A stretch of 13,815 bases of DNA from Candidatus Sumerlaeia bacterium (GTDB taxonomy: Bacteria; Sumerlaeota; Sumerlaeia; SLMS01): NCBI GenBank assembly GCA_038208905.1, contig JBBQYG010000104.1, forward strand, positions 1 through 13,815. Direction: 5' to 3'. Numbering within the stretch: position 1 is the first letter of the stretch; each line of letters starts with the position of its first letter. The notes under the pieces are model-generated. The model had not been told where the DNA came from, made no database searches, and was given only the letters and a program-made list of their open reading frames with translations. Of the stretch, positions 1 through 9,162 are shown piece after piece. The position numbers and the translations under genes were made by a program.

Positions 1-315
1 GTGGACGAGCCCATGGTGGGCCTCGACCCGCAGTCGGCCCGGACGCTGAAGAACATCCTGCGCCGCTATTGCGCCGATGGCGGCACGGTGTTTCTCTCGA
101 CACACTTGCTCGCCATCGCGGAGGAACTTTGTGACCGCCTCGGGATCATCACCAAGGGCGAGTTGCGTTTTCTAGGCACGGTGGACGAACTGCGGCGGGA
201 CCTGTCGAGCCAGGGAACGCTGGAGGACCTCTTTCTGGAGCTGACCGAGGACGGCGTGACGGACCGCGCCGAGTCGCCCTTCGAGCCCGCGGCGGCAGGC
301 GACCGAATCCCATGA
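1..315 (+). CDS. ABC transporter ATP-binding protein, C-terminal part (5' truncated by window edge)
   Basis: Begins at the Walker B/D-loop (VDEPMVGLDP), has the H-loop (FLSTH) and the ABC-2-type tail ELCDRLGII..G.L...GT..EL...LEDLFLELT; stop TGA at 313-315. Confidence 0.93.
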   Translation: MDEPMVGLDPQSARTLKNILRRYCADGGTVFLSTHLLAIAEELCDRLGIITKGELRFLGTVDELRRDLSSQGTLEDLFLELTEDGVTDRAESPFEPAAAGDRIP

Positions 316-327
316 CGGCAGGAATCG

Positions 328-717
328 ATGGCAAAAGTCTTCGACCACATCGACTGGAACCTGCAAATCCGCGCCAAGGAAAAGCGCGAGGCGGAGGCCA
401 TCCTCAAGAACTTCGGCACGGCGGCCGGCGCGACGATACGGACCATCTCCCTGGAGATCGGCTGGAAGTCGGACTCTCTCTTCGAGGCCAAGCTGATCGC
501 CCCCTTCAACGTGGAGGAACCCTCCCAGGCGATCTTTCGCCTGCTGCTGATGATGCGCGAGGTGGCCACAGGCTGGCAGATCAAGGGACCCATCGACTAC
601 GAAGACGGCCTGTGGCTCTTTGGCGGCCTCGCCGCCGTCCCCCAGGCCCGCTTTCTGGTCGCGGGAATCGAGTGGGCCAACGTGGAGATGCGCAATTTTC
701 CGATGGTCAGGAAGTAG
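328..717 (+). CDS. Hypothetical protein, 129 aa
   Basis: ATG at 328 preceded by AGGA; GC-rich third positions like neighbouring genes; protein-like composition; directly follows the ATPase stop. No family recognised. Confidence 0.8.
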   Translation: MAKVFDHIDWNLQIRAKEKREAEAILKNFGTAAGATIRTISLEIGWKSDSLFEAKLIAPFNVEEPSQAIFRLLLMMREVATGWQIKGPIDYEDGLWLFGGLAAVPQARFLVAGIEWANVEMRNFPMVRK

Positions 718-763
718 GCAGGCTGGCAACGGGCGCCGTGATCCGAAACATGGGGAGCGAGCC

Positions 764-1023
764 ATGATTGAGATTCCGAACGACATCGAGGAGCGCATCG
801 AGGCGTTGGTGGCGAGGGGGGGGTTACCCCACCCCGGACGCGTTGCTGGACAAGGCGGTCGCCAAGATTGAATGCGAAGAGGCGGAAAAAGAAGGACTCC
901 GGCAGAAGTTGGTGGAGGGGCGGGCGCAGATCGACCGCGGCGATTTCGTCACGGGCGACGAATTGAAAGCCCGCTTGATTCTAAGGGATAAGCAGCGAGC
1001 CGAGCGGCTCGGACAATCGATGA
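764..1023 (+). pseudogene. parD: Frameshifted ParD-like (ribbon-helix-helix) antitoxin
   Basis: SD GGGGAG (752-757), then ATG 764: MIEIPNDIEERIEALVARGG. A G8 run at 816-823 shifts the frame; removing one G continues YPTPDALLDKAVAKIECEEAEKEGLRQKLVEGRAQIDRGDFVTGDELKARL, matching the ParD-like pattern (..V..G.Y.....V..A.......LR..L..G..Q.DRG). The TGA of the ATGA overlap (1020-1023) is out of frame, implying a second lesion. Confidence 0.75.
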
Positions 1024-1177
1024 GATTTGTGATACAGTCGCCGCCGAGCGTCCAAGTGCCGCGCAATCGTGGCGTGAATCTCTCTTCGGCTCAATTCGCC
1101 GCGCTTGCTCGTATGTGCTCGCAGTTGTGCATGGGGCCCGCGATATCTCGCCGCGCCGGTTGGATGACACTGAGTAG
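1020..1177 (+). pseudogene. parE: Degenerate ParE/RelE-family toxin remnant
   Basis: ATG 1020 gives MRFVI; after a 1-nt shift the frame from 1034 reads TVAAER-PSAAQSWRESLFGSIRRACS-YVLAVVHGARDISPRRLDDTE* (TAG 1175-1177). These match the ParE N-terminus, the PxAA helix and the C-terminal V.HGARD motif, but total only about 52 codons versus roughly 95-100 for intact ParE. Confidence 0.75.
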
Positions 1178-1190
1178 GAACGGATAGCAA

Positions 1191-2981
1191 ATGAGCGCCA
1201 CCCCGCTTGAAAGTGACTTGGTCACTGCGCCCGCCCGCAGCGAAGCCCTCCTCGAGGGCGCGCACACCTCGCTCGTGCTGAGGACCAAGGCCCAGATCGC
1301 GTGGAACTCGATGCGGCATATCAAGCGGCACGTGTATCTGCATGCGGGTGTGGGCATCCTGATGATGCTCCTGCTGGTGGGCGGCGGGACGGGGATCTTC
1401 CTGTATGTGTTCAACTTCCTGATGAGGCAACCGGTCTTCGGCGCACCGCTGATGGACCGGCTCGTGGGGATGGTGCTGCTGATTTTCTTCTCGATGCTCC
1501 TCTTCTCCAACCTGATCATTACGCTCTCCACGACGTACCTGTCGCGGGAGGTCGAGTTCCTGATGGCGCTGCCGATCTCGCGGCAGTCGATCTTCCGGCA
1601 AAAGCTGATCGAGACGATCATCTACAGCTCGTGGGCCTTCGCTCTGCTGAGCCTGCCGCTCTTTGCCAGCTATGGCATCTCGCGGGATGCGCCGTGGTTT
1701 TTCTATCTGCTGATCATCCCGCTGGTGCTGCCGTTCCTGGCGATTCCCGCGGCCATCGGGGCGATCTTCACGATGGTGCTGACGTCGTTCCTGCCGGCGC
1801 GCAAGACGCGGTCGCTCTGCATCGCGCTGGGCGTGCTCTCCATCGGGGCGACGGTGGCGATCTCCAAGTTCTCGGGCCTGGGGCGGATGCTGGCCAACGC
1901 GGACCAGCAGGACCTGTTGCAGATCATGAACGGCCTCGCGCTGGGGAACTCCCCCCTGCTGCCGAGCGCATGGCTATCAGCCGCGCTGATGTCCATCGCC
2001 CCATCCAGTTCGGGCGACATCAACATGACCGCGTTCGCATACTGGCTGGCGATGCTGGTCGCCACGGCGCTGTTCCTGCTGCAAGTTTGCCGGTGGCTGG
2101 TGCCGTCGCTCTACTATCGCGGGTGGTGCCTGTCGCGCGATGCGGCGGTGCGCGAGGTGGAGAGCAACGCCACCTTCTCGCCCTTCCGGTACATCGACGC
2201 GATTCTCCAGCGCAGCTTTCGCCCGTCGTCCGCGGGGCTCCTCAGCAAGGACCTCAAGACGTTCTGGCGCGATCCCTCCCAGTGGACCCAGCTCGTGATC
2301 CTGTTCGGCCTGATGATCGTCTATGTGATGAACATCGGATGGTCGATGCAGTACTCGCGGACGATGGAACTGGTGGTCAAGGACTGGAAGACGATGCTGG
2401 GGTTCTTCAACCTGGCGGCGACGTGCTTCATCCTGTCGATCCTGACGACGCGCTTTGTGTTCCCGATGCTGAGCCTGGAGGGGCGCGGATTCTGGACCGT
2501 GGGGCTGGCTCCGATCCCGCGATCGCGCATCGTATGGCAGAAATACGGCCTGTGCCTGGTCCTCTGCCTCGTGGTGTCGCTTCCGCTCACGTATCTCTCG
2601 AACCTGATTCTGGACACGACCCCGGGGTTCCTCGGCCTGTCGCTGGCGACGGCGCTGCTGATGAGCGCGGGGCTGACAAGCCTGAGCGTTGGCCTGGGCG
2701 CCATCCTGCCGGACTTCAAGGAGGACAATCCCGCCCGCATCGCCAACGGCATCGGGGGGACGTTCAACGTGCTGATCTCGCTCGCCTACATCGGCGTCAC
2801 GGTAACGCTGCTGGCGATTCCCGTGGCGTTGACCAGCGGAGAAGGGGGCTGGGCCGCCGCGCCGCGCATCCTGCGCGACTGGTTCCCGGCCTACGTCGGG
2901 GTGTTCCTTCTGGTCGAGGCGGCGGTCATCGCCCTGCCGATGCGAATCGGGCTCAGGCGATGGGATCGAATGGAGTTCTAG
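1191..2981 (+). CDS. Putative ABC transporter permease (multi-TM, ABC-2/exporter type)
   Basis: 596 aa with many hydrophobic segments and a two-domain pattern (YLSREVEFLMALPI..IF..K; LSKDLKTFWRDPSQW; SLEGRGFW....P......K) typical of the long putative ABC exporter permeases; near an ABC ATPase on the same strand. Confidence 0.85.
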   Translation: MSATPLESDLVTAPARSEALLEGAHTSLVLRTKAQIAWNSMRHIKRHVYLHAGVGILMMLLLVGGGTGIFLYVFNFLMRQPVFGAPLMDRLVGMVLLIFFSMLLFSNLIITLSTTYLSREVEFLMALPISRQSIFRQKLIETIIYSSWAFALLSLPLFASYGISRDAPWFFYLLIIPLVLPFLAIPAAIGAIFTMVLTSFLPARKTRSLCIALGVLSIGATVAISKFSGLGRMLANADQQDLLQIMNGLALGNSPLLPSAWLSAALMSIAPSSSGDINMTAFAYWLAMLVATALFLLQVCRWLVPSLYYRGWCLSRDAAVREVESNATFSPFRYIDAILQRSFRPSSAGLLSKDLKTFWRDPSQWTQLVILFGLMIVYVMNIGWSMQYSRTMELVVKDWKTMLGFFNLAATCFILSILTTRFVFPMLSLEGRGFWTVGLAPIPRSRIVWQKYGLCLVLCLVVSLPLTYLSNLILDTTPGFLGLSLATALLMSAGLTSLSVGLGAILPDFKEDNPARIANGIGGTFNVLISLAYIGVTVTLLAIPVALTSGEGGWAAAPRILRDWFPAYVGVFLLVEAAVIALPMRIGLRRWDRMEF

Positions 2982-3040
2982 GCCCAACCGGGTAGATTTT
3001 TTCCAAAATCGGCCCCCAATCCTCATACCCCACGTTTCTT

Positions 3041-3060
3041 TATCGAATTTTTATTCGATA
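3041..3060. promoter_or_regulatory. Perfect inverted repeat TATCGAAT-TTTT-ATTCGATA, candidate activator-binding site (UAS)
   Basis: 8-bp arms with a 4-nt spacer in an AT-rich intergenic patch, about 105-125 bp upstream of the candidate -24/-12 element. Confidence 0.5.
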
Positions 3061-3162
3061 GCAGACTGAACCCACTTGACTTTGATCCTGTCCGAATAGG
3101 CACTGAAGCGTGGCCGAAGCAGTCCCGAGGGCAAACCATTGCATTCCGGTGGCCCAGTGGAT

Positions 3163-3179
3163 TTGGAACGCTTGATGCT
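3163..3179 (+). promoter_or_regulatory. Candidate sigma-54 (RpoN) -24/-12 promoter
   Basis: TTGGAACGCTTGATGCT: GG (3165-3166) and GC (3177-3178) separated by exactly 10 nt; 2 mismatches to TGGCACG-N4-TTGC; about 45 nt upstream of ATG 3223. Confidence 0.6.
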
Positions 3180-3222
3180 ATTGCTTGCACACACCCCCTC
3201 GGCGCACAGGAAGCCCGCTCCC

Positions 3223-3543
3223 ATGATTCCACCTCTCGTTGCCCTCCTGCGACTCCATGAGATTAATGCTTCGACACCCGCCGTGAGTCCCCACGCCCCG
3301 CGGTCGCGGGAGTTGGTCAGGTTCCTTCAGGCCCTGACCCCCGAGATGCACAAGCGCTACGTGAATAGCTACACCCGCCACGGGCACAACGCCGTGGCCG
3401 CGATAGAGCATGGCGCCTGTGGCGGTTGCCACATGCGCCTCCCCGCCTCCCCGGCGGAGATGGAGGAATACATCTATTCCTGCGACCATTGCGGGCGGCT
3501 GCTCTATGACCGCGACGAGGCCTTCGAATACTCCGTAGGGTAA
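3223..3543 (+). CDS. C4-type zinc-ribbon protein (zf-RING_7/DUF164-like, compact form)
   Basis: AVAAIEHGACGGCHMRLP...IYSCDHCGRLLY matches the C-terminal zinc ribbon of the DUF164/HP0958/CT398 family; ATG 3223 with AGGA at 3208-3211 is preferred over the track start at 3139. Confidence 0.85.
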   Translation: MIPPLVALLRLHEINASTPAVSPHAPRSRELVRFLQALTPEMHKRYVNSYTRHGHNAVAAIEHGACGGCHMRLPASPAEMEEYIYSCDHCGRLLYDRDEAFEYSVG

Positions 3544-4512
3544 TTACCCCACCATCGACGTGACCGGCACCACGTGGGGAAACCTGCGGATGGCGAGGGC
3601 GGCATTGATCGTCGCCACGGCCTTTTCCTGGTTCTCCGGTGTCATTTCGTCGATCGTCACGAGTGGGGATCGCACCCCCGTGTTGAACATGTGGGCCAGC
3701 GGGATCGGGTTCTTCACGCAGAACACCGCCTCGACGCACGGCAGCAGGGCCTTCTGCAGCGCCTCCGCTTTGTCGTGCTCGCCGCCGAGCGCCAACTCCG
3801 TGAGCGACTGAAACTCCGCGGGCCAGCGGTTGGCCGAAGCGCTGATGACCCCCGTGCCCCCGCGGCGGATGATGTCGGCGACGAGATGATCCTCGCCGCT
3901 GACCACCGTGAAGGTGGCGCGGTCGGTGCCGTCCAGGATCGCCTGCACCTGCTCCAGATCGCCTGATGCCTCCTTCACCGCGATGATGGCGGGATGCCTG
4001 GCCAACTTGATGCAGGTGGCCGCCTCGATGTTGCTCTTGGTGCGGCCCGGCACATTGTAGAGGATCACCGCCGTGTCGCTTTCGCCCGCGTAGTCGGCAA
4101 CCGTGCGATAGTGCTTCAGGAGCCCTTCCTGGGGCGGATTGTTGTAGTAGCCCGTGACGTGGAGGAAGGCGTCCACCTTGGCCCGCTTGAGGATTTCCGC
4201 CATCATGAAGATCGATTCGCGCGTGGAGTTGGACCCGGCGCTGCCGATGACCTGGACGCTCCGGCCCAGCCGCCGCGCGTGCCCGCGGGCATAGTCGGCG
4301 CCGCGCGCAACAAGCTCGATGTGCTCCTCCAGGCTCAGCGTCGAGCTCTGGCCCGTTGTCCCGGCGATCACGATGCCGCTGCACCGCGCGTCGAGGACGG
4401 CCTCGATCATCTTGTAGAAGTGGAAGAAGTCGATCTTGAGCTCGCCTTCCTCCTCGCGCATGGGCGTGATGAGCGCGGGATAGCACCCGAGAAGGTCGGT
4501 CGCGGCGAGCAT
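3544..4512 (-). CDS. dapA: 4-hydroxy-tetrahydrodipicolinate synthase (DHDPS family)
   Basis: ALITP, GTTG(Q), GSAGSNSTRE, YYN.P.QEG, ILYNVPGRT, Schiff-base IAVKEASG, SGED, GVISASAN, NPIP motifs. Confidence 0.9.
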   Translation of the reverse strand: MLAATDLLGCYPALITPMREEEGELKIDFFHFYKMIEAVLDARCSGIVIAGTTGQSSTLSLEEHIELVARGADYARGHARRLGRSVQVIGSAGSNSTRESIFMMAEILKRAKVDAFLHVTGYYNNPPQEGLLKHYRTVADYAGESDTAVILYNVPGRTKSNIEAATCIKLARHPAIIAVKEASGDLEQVQAILDGTDRATFTVVSGEDHLVADIIRRGGTGVISASANRWPAEFQSLTELALGGEHDKAEALQKALLPCVEAVFCVKNPIPLAHMFNTGVRSPLVTIDEMTPENQEKAVATINAALAIRRFPHVVPVTSMVG

Positions 4513-4791
4513 TGTGGCTTCCTGAATAGAGGGAATTAATCACGGGCTGTGCCCGGCGTAGGAAGAGGGACGCACGGAAGGGGGGATGGTCAAGCCGAGA
4601 GGCCTGGAAGCAGCCGCATGGGACCTATGGTCCAATTGACGCGATCGGGACCGCCTTGTGAACCCGCCTTGCGTGGAAATGCCCCCCGTCTCCCCTTGCC
4701 CTCTGCCCCCCCAAGCCCGATTCAGCACTCCCCCGGCGCCAGCGCCACGGGCCGGGGTCCAATCGTTGCGCCATCGAGGAGCACCCACACC

Positions 4792-5721
4792 TTGGCAGAA
4801 ATACCCCTGGCCGCCCCGCCCTATCGGCTGACCCACCTCCGCCAGTTGGAGGCCGAATCCATCCTGATCTTCCGCGAGGTCGCCGCCGAGTTCGAGAACC
4901 CGGTGATGCTCTACTCCGTCGGCAAGGACTCCCAGGTTCTGCTGCACGTGGCGCGCAAGGCGTTCTATCCCGCGCCGCCTCCGTTCCCCCTGATGCACGT
5001 GAACACCGGGTGGAAATTCCACGAGATGATCGAGTTCCGCGACCGGTTCATGCGCCAGCACAATCTTCGGCTGATCGAGTACATCAATCTGGAGGGCCGG
5101 GCGAAAGGGATCAATCCCTTCGATCACGGCTCAAGCGTCCACACCGACGTGATGAAGACCCAGGCACTCAGGCAGGCCCTCGACAAGTACCAGTTCGACG
5201 CGGCCATTGGCGGCGCCCGCCGCGACGAGGAAAAGTCCCGCGCCAAGGAGCGCGTCTATTCCTTCCGCGATGCCAAGCACCAGTGGGATCCGAAGAACCA
5301 GCGCCCCGAGCTGTGGAACCTCTACAACGGACGCGTGCGGAAGGGCGAATCGATCCGCGTGTTCCCCATGTCCAACTGGACGGAGCTGGACATCTGGCAG
5401 TATATACACCTGGAGAACATCCCCATCGTCCCCCTCTACTTCGCCAAGGAACGGCCCGTCGTGGAACGCGACGGGATGCTGCTGATGGTCGATGACGACC
5501 GGTTCCGGTTCCTGCCGGGCGAGAAGCCGCAGATGCGCCGCGTCCGCTTCCGCACGCTGGGATGCTACCCACTCAGCGGCGGCATAGAGTCCGACGCGAC
5601 GACCCTTCCCGAGATCATTCAGGAGATGCTCCTGACGCGCGTCTCCGAGCGCCAGGGCCGACTCATCGATTTCGACGAGAACGCCTCCATGGAAAAGAAG
5701 AAGAGGGAGGGATACTTCTGA
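4792..5721 (+). CDS. cysD: Sulfate adenylyltransferase subunit 2
   Basis: [66 protein letters not shown]. Start assigned to TTG 4792 behind SD GAGGAG (4776-4781); the track's upstream extension looks non-coding. Confidence 0.96.
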   Translation: MAEIPLAAPPYRLTHLRQLEAESILIFREVAAEFENPVMLYSVGKDSQVLLHVARKAFYPAPPPFPLMHVNTGWKFHEMIEFRDRFMRQHNLRLIEYINLEGRAKGINPFDHGSSVHTDVMKTQALRQALDKYQFDAAIGGARRDEEKSRAKERVYSFRDAKHQWDPKNQRPELWNLYNGRVRKGESIRVFPMSNWTELDIWQYIHLENIPIVPLYFAKERPVVERDGMLLMVDDDRFRFLPGEKPQMRRVRFRTLGCYPLSGGIESDATTLPEIIQEMLLTRVSERQGRLIDFDENASMEKKKREGYF

Positions 5722-7655
5722 TGCGGAACTCCGACCTGATCGAGACGAACATCGACGAGTACCTGGCGCTGCAGGAGCGCAAGGAGCTGCTGCGCTTCAT
5801 CACCTGCGGCAGCGTGGACGACGGCAAGAGCACGCTGATCGGGCGCCTGCTGCATGACAGCAAGCTGATCTACGAGGACACCCTGGCCGCCATCAAGCGC
5901 GACAGCGCAAAGGTCGGCACCACGGGGAAGGACAACATCGATCTGGCGTTGCTGGTGGATGGCCTTCAGGCCGAGCGCGAGCAGGGCATCACGATCGATG
6001 TGGCCTATCGCTATTTCTCCACCGACCGCCGCAAGTTCATCATCGCCGACACCCCGGGGCACGAGCAGTACACGCGCAACATGGCCACCGGCGCCTCGAA
6101 CTGCGACCTGGCGGTCATCCTGATCGACGCGCGCCTCGGCGTGCTGACGCAGACCAAGCGCCACAGCTTCATCGTCTCGCTCCTCGGCATCCGCCACGTC
6201 GTCGTCGCCATCAACAAGATGGATTTGGTGGGTTGGTCGGAGGACGCCTACAACCTCATCCGCGACGACTATGCCTCCTTTGCCGCGCAGCTCGGCATCG
6301 ACGACATTAAGTTCATCCCCATGTCGGCCCTGCGCGGCGACAACGTGGTGGACGCCTCCGATGCGATGCCGTGGTATCTGGGCGGGCCGCTGCTGAATCA
6401 CCTGGAGACGGTGCATATCGGGTCGGACCGGAACTTTTCCGACTTCCGCTTTCCCGTGCAGTATGTCAACCGTCCGAATCTGGATTTCCGCGGCTATGCC
6501 GGCACGGTCGCCTCGGGAATTGTCCGCGTCGGCGACGAGGTCCTGGCCCAGCCGAGTGGCGTCCGCGCGCGCGTGAAGTCCATCGTAACCTTCGACGGCG
6601 ATATCGACGAAGCGTATCCGCCGATGGCCGTGACGCTGACGATGGATCGCGAGATCGACCTGAGCCGCGGCGAGGTGCTGGTGCATCCCGACAACGTCTC
6701 CCGCGTGGAGCGCGACTTCGAGGCGATGATCGTCTGGATGAGCCAGGAGTCGATGACTCCCGGCAAGCAGTACCTCTTCAAGATAGGCACCAACGTGACC
6801 ACGGGCACGGTCGCGGCGCTCCGCTACCAGGTGGACGTCAACACGCTAAGGACCGACGAGGCCCAGCGGCTGGAGTTGAACCATGTGGGTCGCTGCCACG
6901 TGTCGCTCAACCGCGCCGTTCCCTTCGATTCATACGGACGCATCAAGGGCACCGGCTCGTTCATCGTCATCGACCGCGTGACCAATGTGACCGTTGGCGC
7001 GGGGATGATCAGCGACGTGGTGGGCACCGACGAGCGCCGCAACCTGTGGGATCGTCCCAGCGCCGCGCTGATCCAGAAGAAGTCCAGCCGCGTGACCCCG
7101 GCGGAGCGCGCCGCGCGCCTCCAGCAGAAGCCGGTGATGATCCTGATCACGGGACTCACCGCGGGCGGCAAGTCGCTCATCGCCTACGAACTCGAGCGAC
7201 GCCTCTTCGACGCGGGCCGGATCGCCACGGTGCTTGATGGCTCGCTGATGCGCTCGGGCCTGAGCAAGGATCTGGGCTTCTCCTTCGACGACCGGTCGGA
7301 GAACCTGCGCCGCGCGGCCGAAGTGGCCCGCGTGCTCCTCGATTCCGGCCTGATCGTGATCTGCTCCTTCGTCGCCCCCAGCGCCGACGTCCGCGCCCGC
7401 GTTCGGGAACTGATTGGCGCCGAACACTTCGTCGAGGCCTACGTCAGCTCTCCCGTCGAAATCTGCCGCGAGCGGGACACCCAGGGGATGTACAATCGCG
7501 CCGACCGCGGCGAGCTCGAATCATTCCCCGGCGTCAGCGCACCCTACGAAGTCCCCGAGTCGCCCGACATCACCCTCCCCACCCACGAGATCGACACGTC
7601 CCAGTGCGTGGACCGGTTGATTCGCTTGCTGGAGGTTAGGGGAGTTATTGCTTAA
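5721..7655 (+). CDS. cysNC: Bifunctional sulfate adenylyltransferase subunit 1 / APS kinase (CysN/CysC, NodQ-like)
   Basis: Coupled to cysD through a TGATG overlap; GTPase motifs [35 protein letters not shown]-terminal APS-kinase domain ([32 protein letters not shown]). Confidence 0.95.
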   Translation: MRNSDLIETNIDEYLALQERKELLRFITCGSVDDGKSTLIGRLLHDSKLIYEDTLAAIKRDSAKVGTTGKDNIDLALLVDGLQAEREQGITIDVAYRYFSTDRRKFIIADTPGHEQYTRNMATGASNCDLAVILIDARLGVLTQTKRHSFIVSLLGIRHVVVAINKMDLVGWSEDAYNLIRDDYASFAAQLGIDDIKFIPMSALRGDNVVDASDAMPWYLGGPLLNHLETVHIGSDRNFSDFRFPVQYVNRPNLDFRGYAGTVASGIVRVGDEVLAQPSGVRARVKSIVTFDGDIDEAYPPMAVTLTMDREIDLSRGEVLVHPDNVSRVERDFEAMIVWMSQESMTPGKQYLFKIGTNVTTGTVAALRYQVDVNTLRTDEAQRLELNHVGRCHVSLNRAVPFDSYGRIKGTGSFIVIDRVTNVTVGAGMISDVVGTDERRNLWDRPSAALIQKKSSRVTPAERAARLQQKPVMILITGLTAGGKSLIAYELERRLFDAGRIATVLDGSLMRSGLSKDLGFSFDDRSENLRRAAEVARVLLDSGLIVICSFVAPSADVRARVRELIGAEHFVEAYVSSPVEICRERDTQGMYNRADRGELESFPGVSAPYEVPESPDITLPTHEIDTSQCVDRLIRLLEVRGVIA

Positions 7656-7801
7656 CGGCGGGGAACGGCGGGAACAGCGGAAAAGGCGTGAACGGCAACC
7701 TTCATTCCCCTTTTCCGTTGTTCCCGCTGTTCCCGTTTTTTCCGCAGCTACCGCCGTTCCCTTTGTTCCTGCCTTTCCCGCCTTTCCCGTTGTTCCCCCT
7801 C
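7656..7801. repeat. Inverted arrangement of degenerate 9-bp tandem repeats (CRGCGGGAA x~4 / TTCCCGYTG x~10)
   Basis: Left arm 7656-7692: CGGCGGGGAA, CGGCGGGAA, CAGCGGAAA, AGGCGTGAA. Right arm 7712-7801: TTTCCGTTG, TTCCCGCTG, TTCCCGTTT, TTTCCGCAG, CTACCGCCG, TTCCCTTTG, TTCCTGCCT, TTCCCGCCT, TTCCCGTTG, TTCCCCCTC. Confidence 0.85.
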
Positions 7802-7850
7802 ACCCTTGCTGCTCCCCTGACCTCCACATCCGCAGGGGGATCAGGGCCAG

Positions 7851-9092
<1,242 letters not shown>

Positions 9093-9093
9093 G

Positions 9094-9121
9094 GGGAATC
9101 GGGAACAGGGAATGGGGAATG
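9094..9121 (+). repeat. Heptamer tandem array (GGGAAYN)4
   Basis: GGGAATC GGGAACA GGGAATG GGGAATG immediately after the pilT stop. Confidence 0.75.
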
Positions 9122-9162
9122 GGGTTTGACGTTGGCGGTCGGGCTCGGTGTGCATTCTGGCT

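Noticed and set aside
768..1187. 139-aa ORF as a real gene
   Set aside because: Chimera of an out-of-frame start, the ParD C-terminal half and off-frame ParE remnant.
1301..2995. 564-aa alternative-frame ORF over the permease
   Set aside because: Arg/Gly/Ala/Pro-rich off-frame product typical of GC-rich genes.
4513..4791. Lysine riboswitch (dapA) or SAM riboswitch (cysD) in the divergent intergenic region
   Set aside because: I could not find the conserved cores on either strand, only small hairpins (GGACC-TAT-GGTCC at 4621-4633; CCCCGGC...GCCGGGG). An Infernal/Rfam scan would settle it.
4549..4791. N-terminal extension of CysD in the ORF track (likewise 5562-5720 for CysNC)
   Set aside because: Homology and SD/overlap signals place the starts at 4792 and 5721.
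7656..7801. CRISPR array or FPLFP-repeat peptide (ORFs 7648-7854, 7688-7894, 7702-7944)
   Set aside because: 9-bp tandem units without unique spacers and no cas genes; the ORFs are by-products of the 9-nt period.
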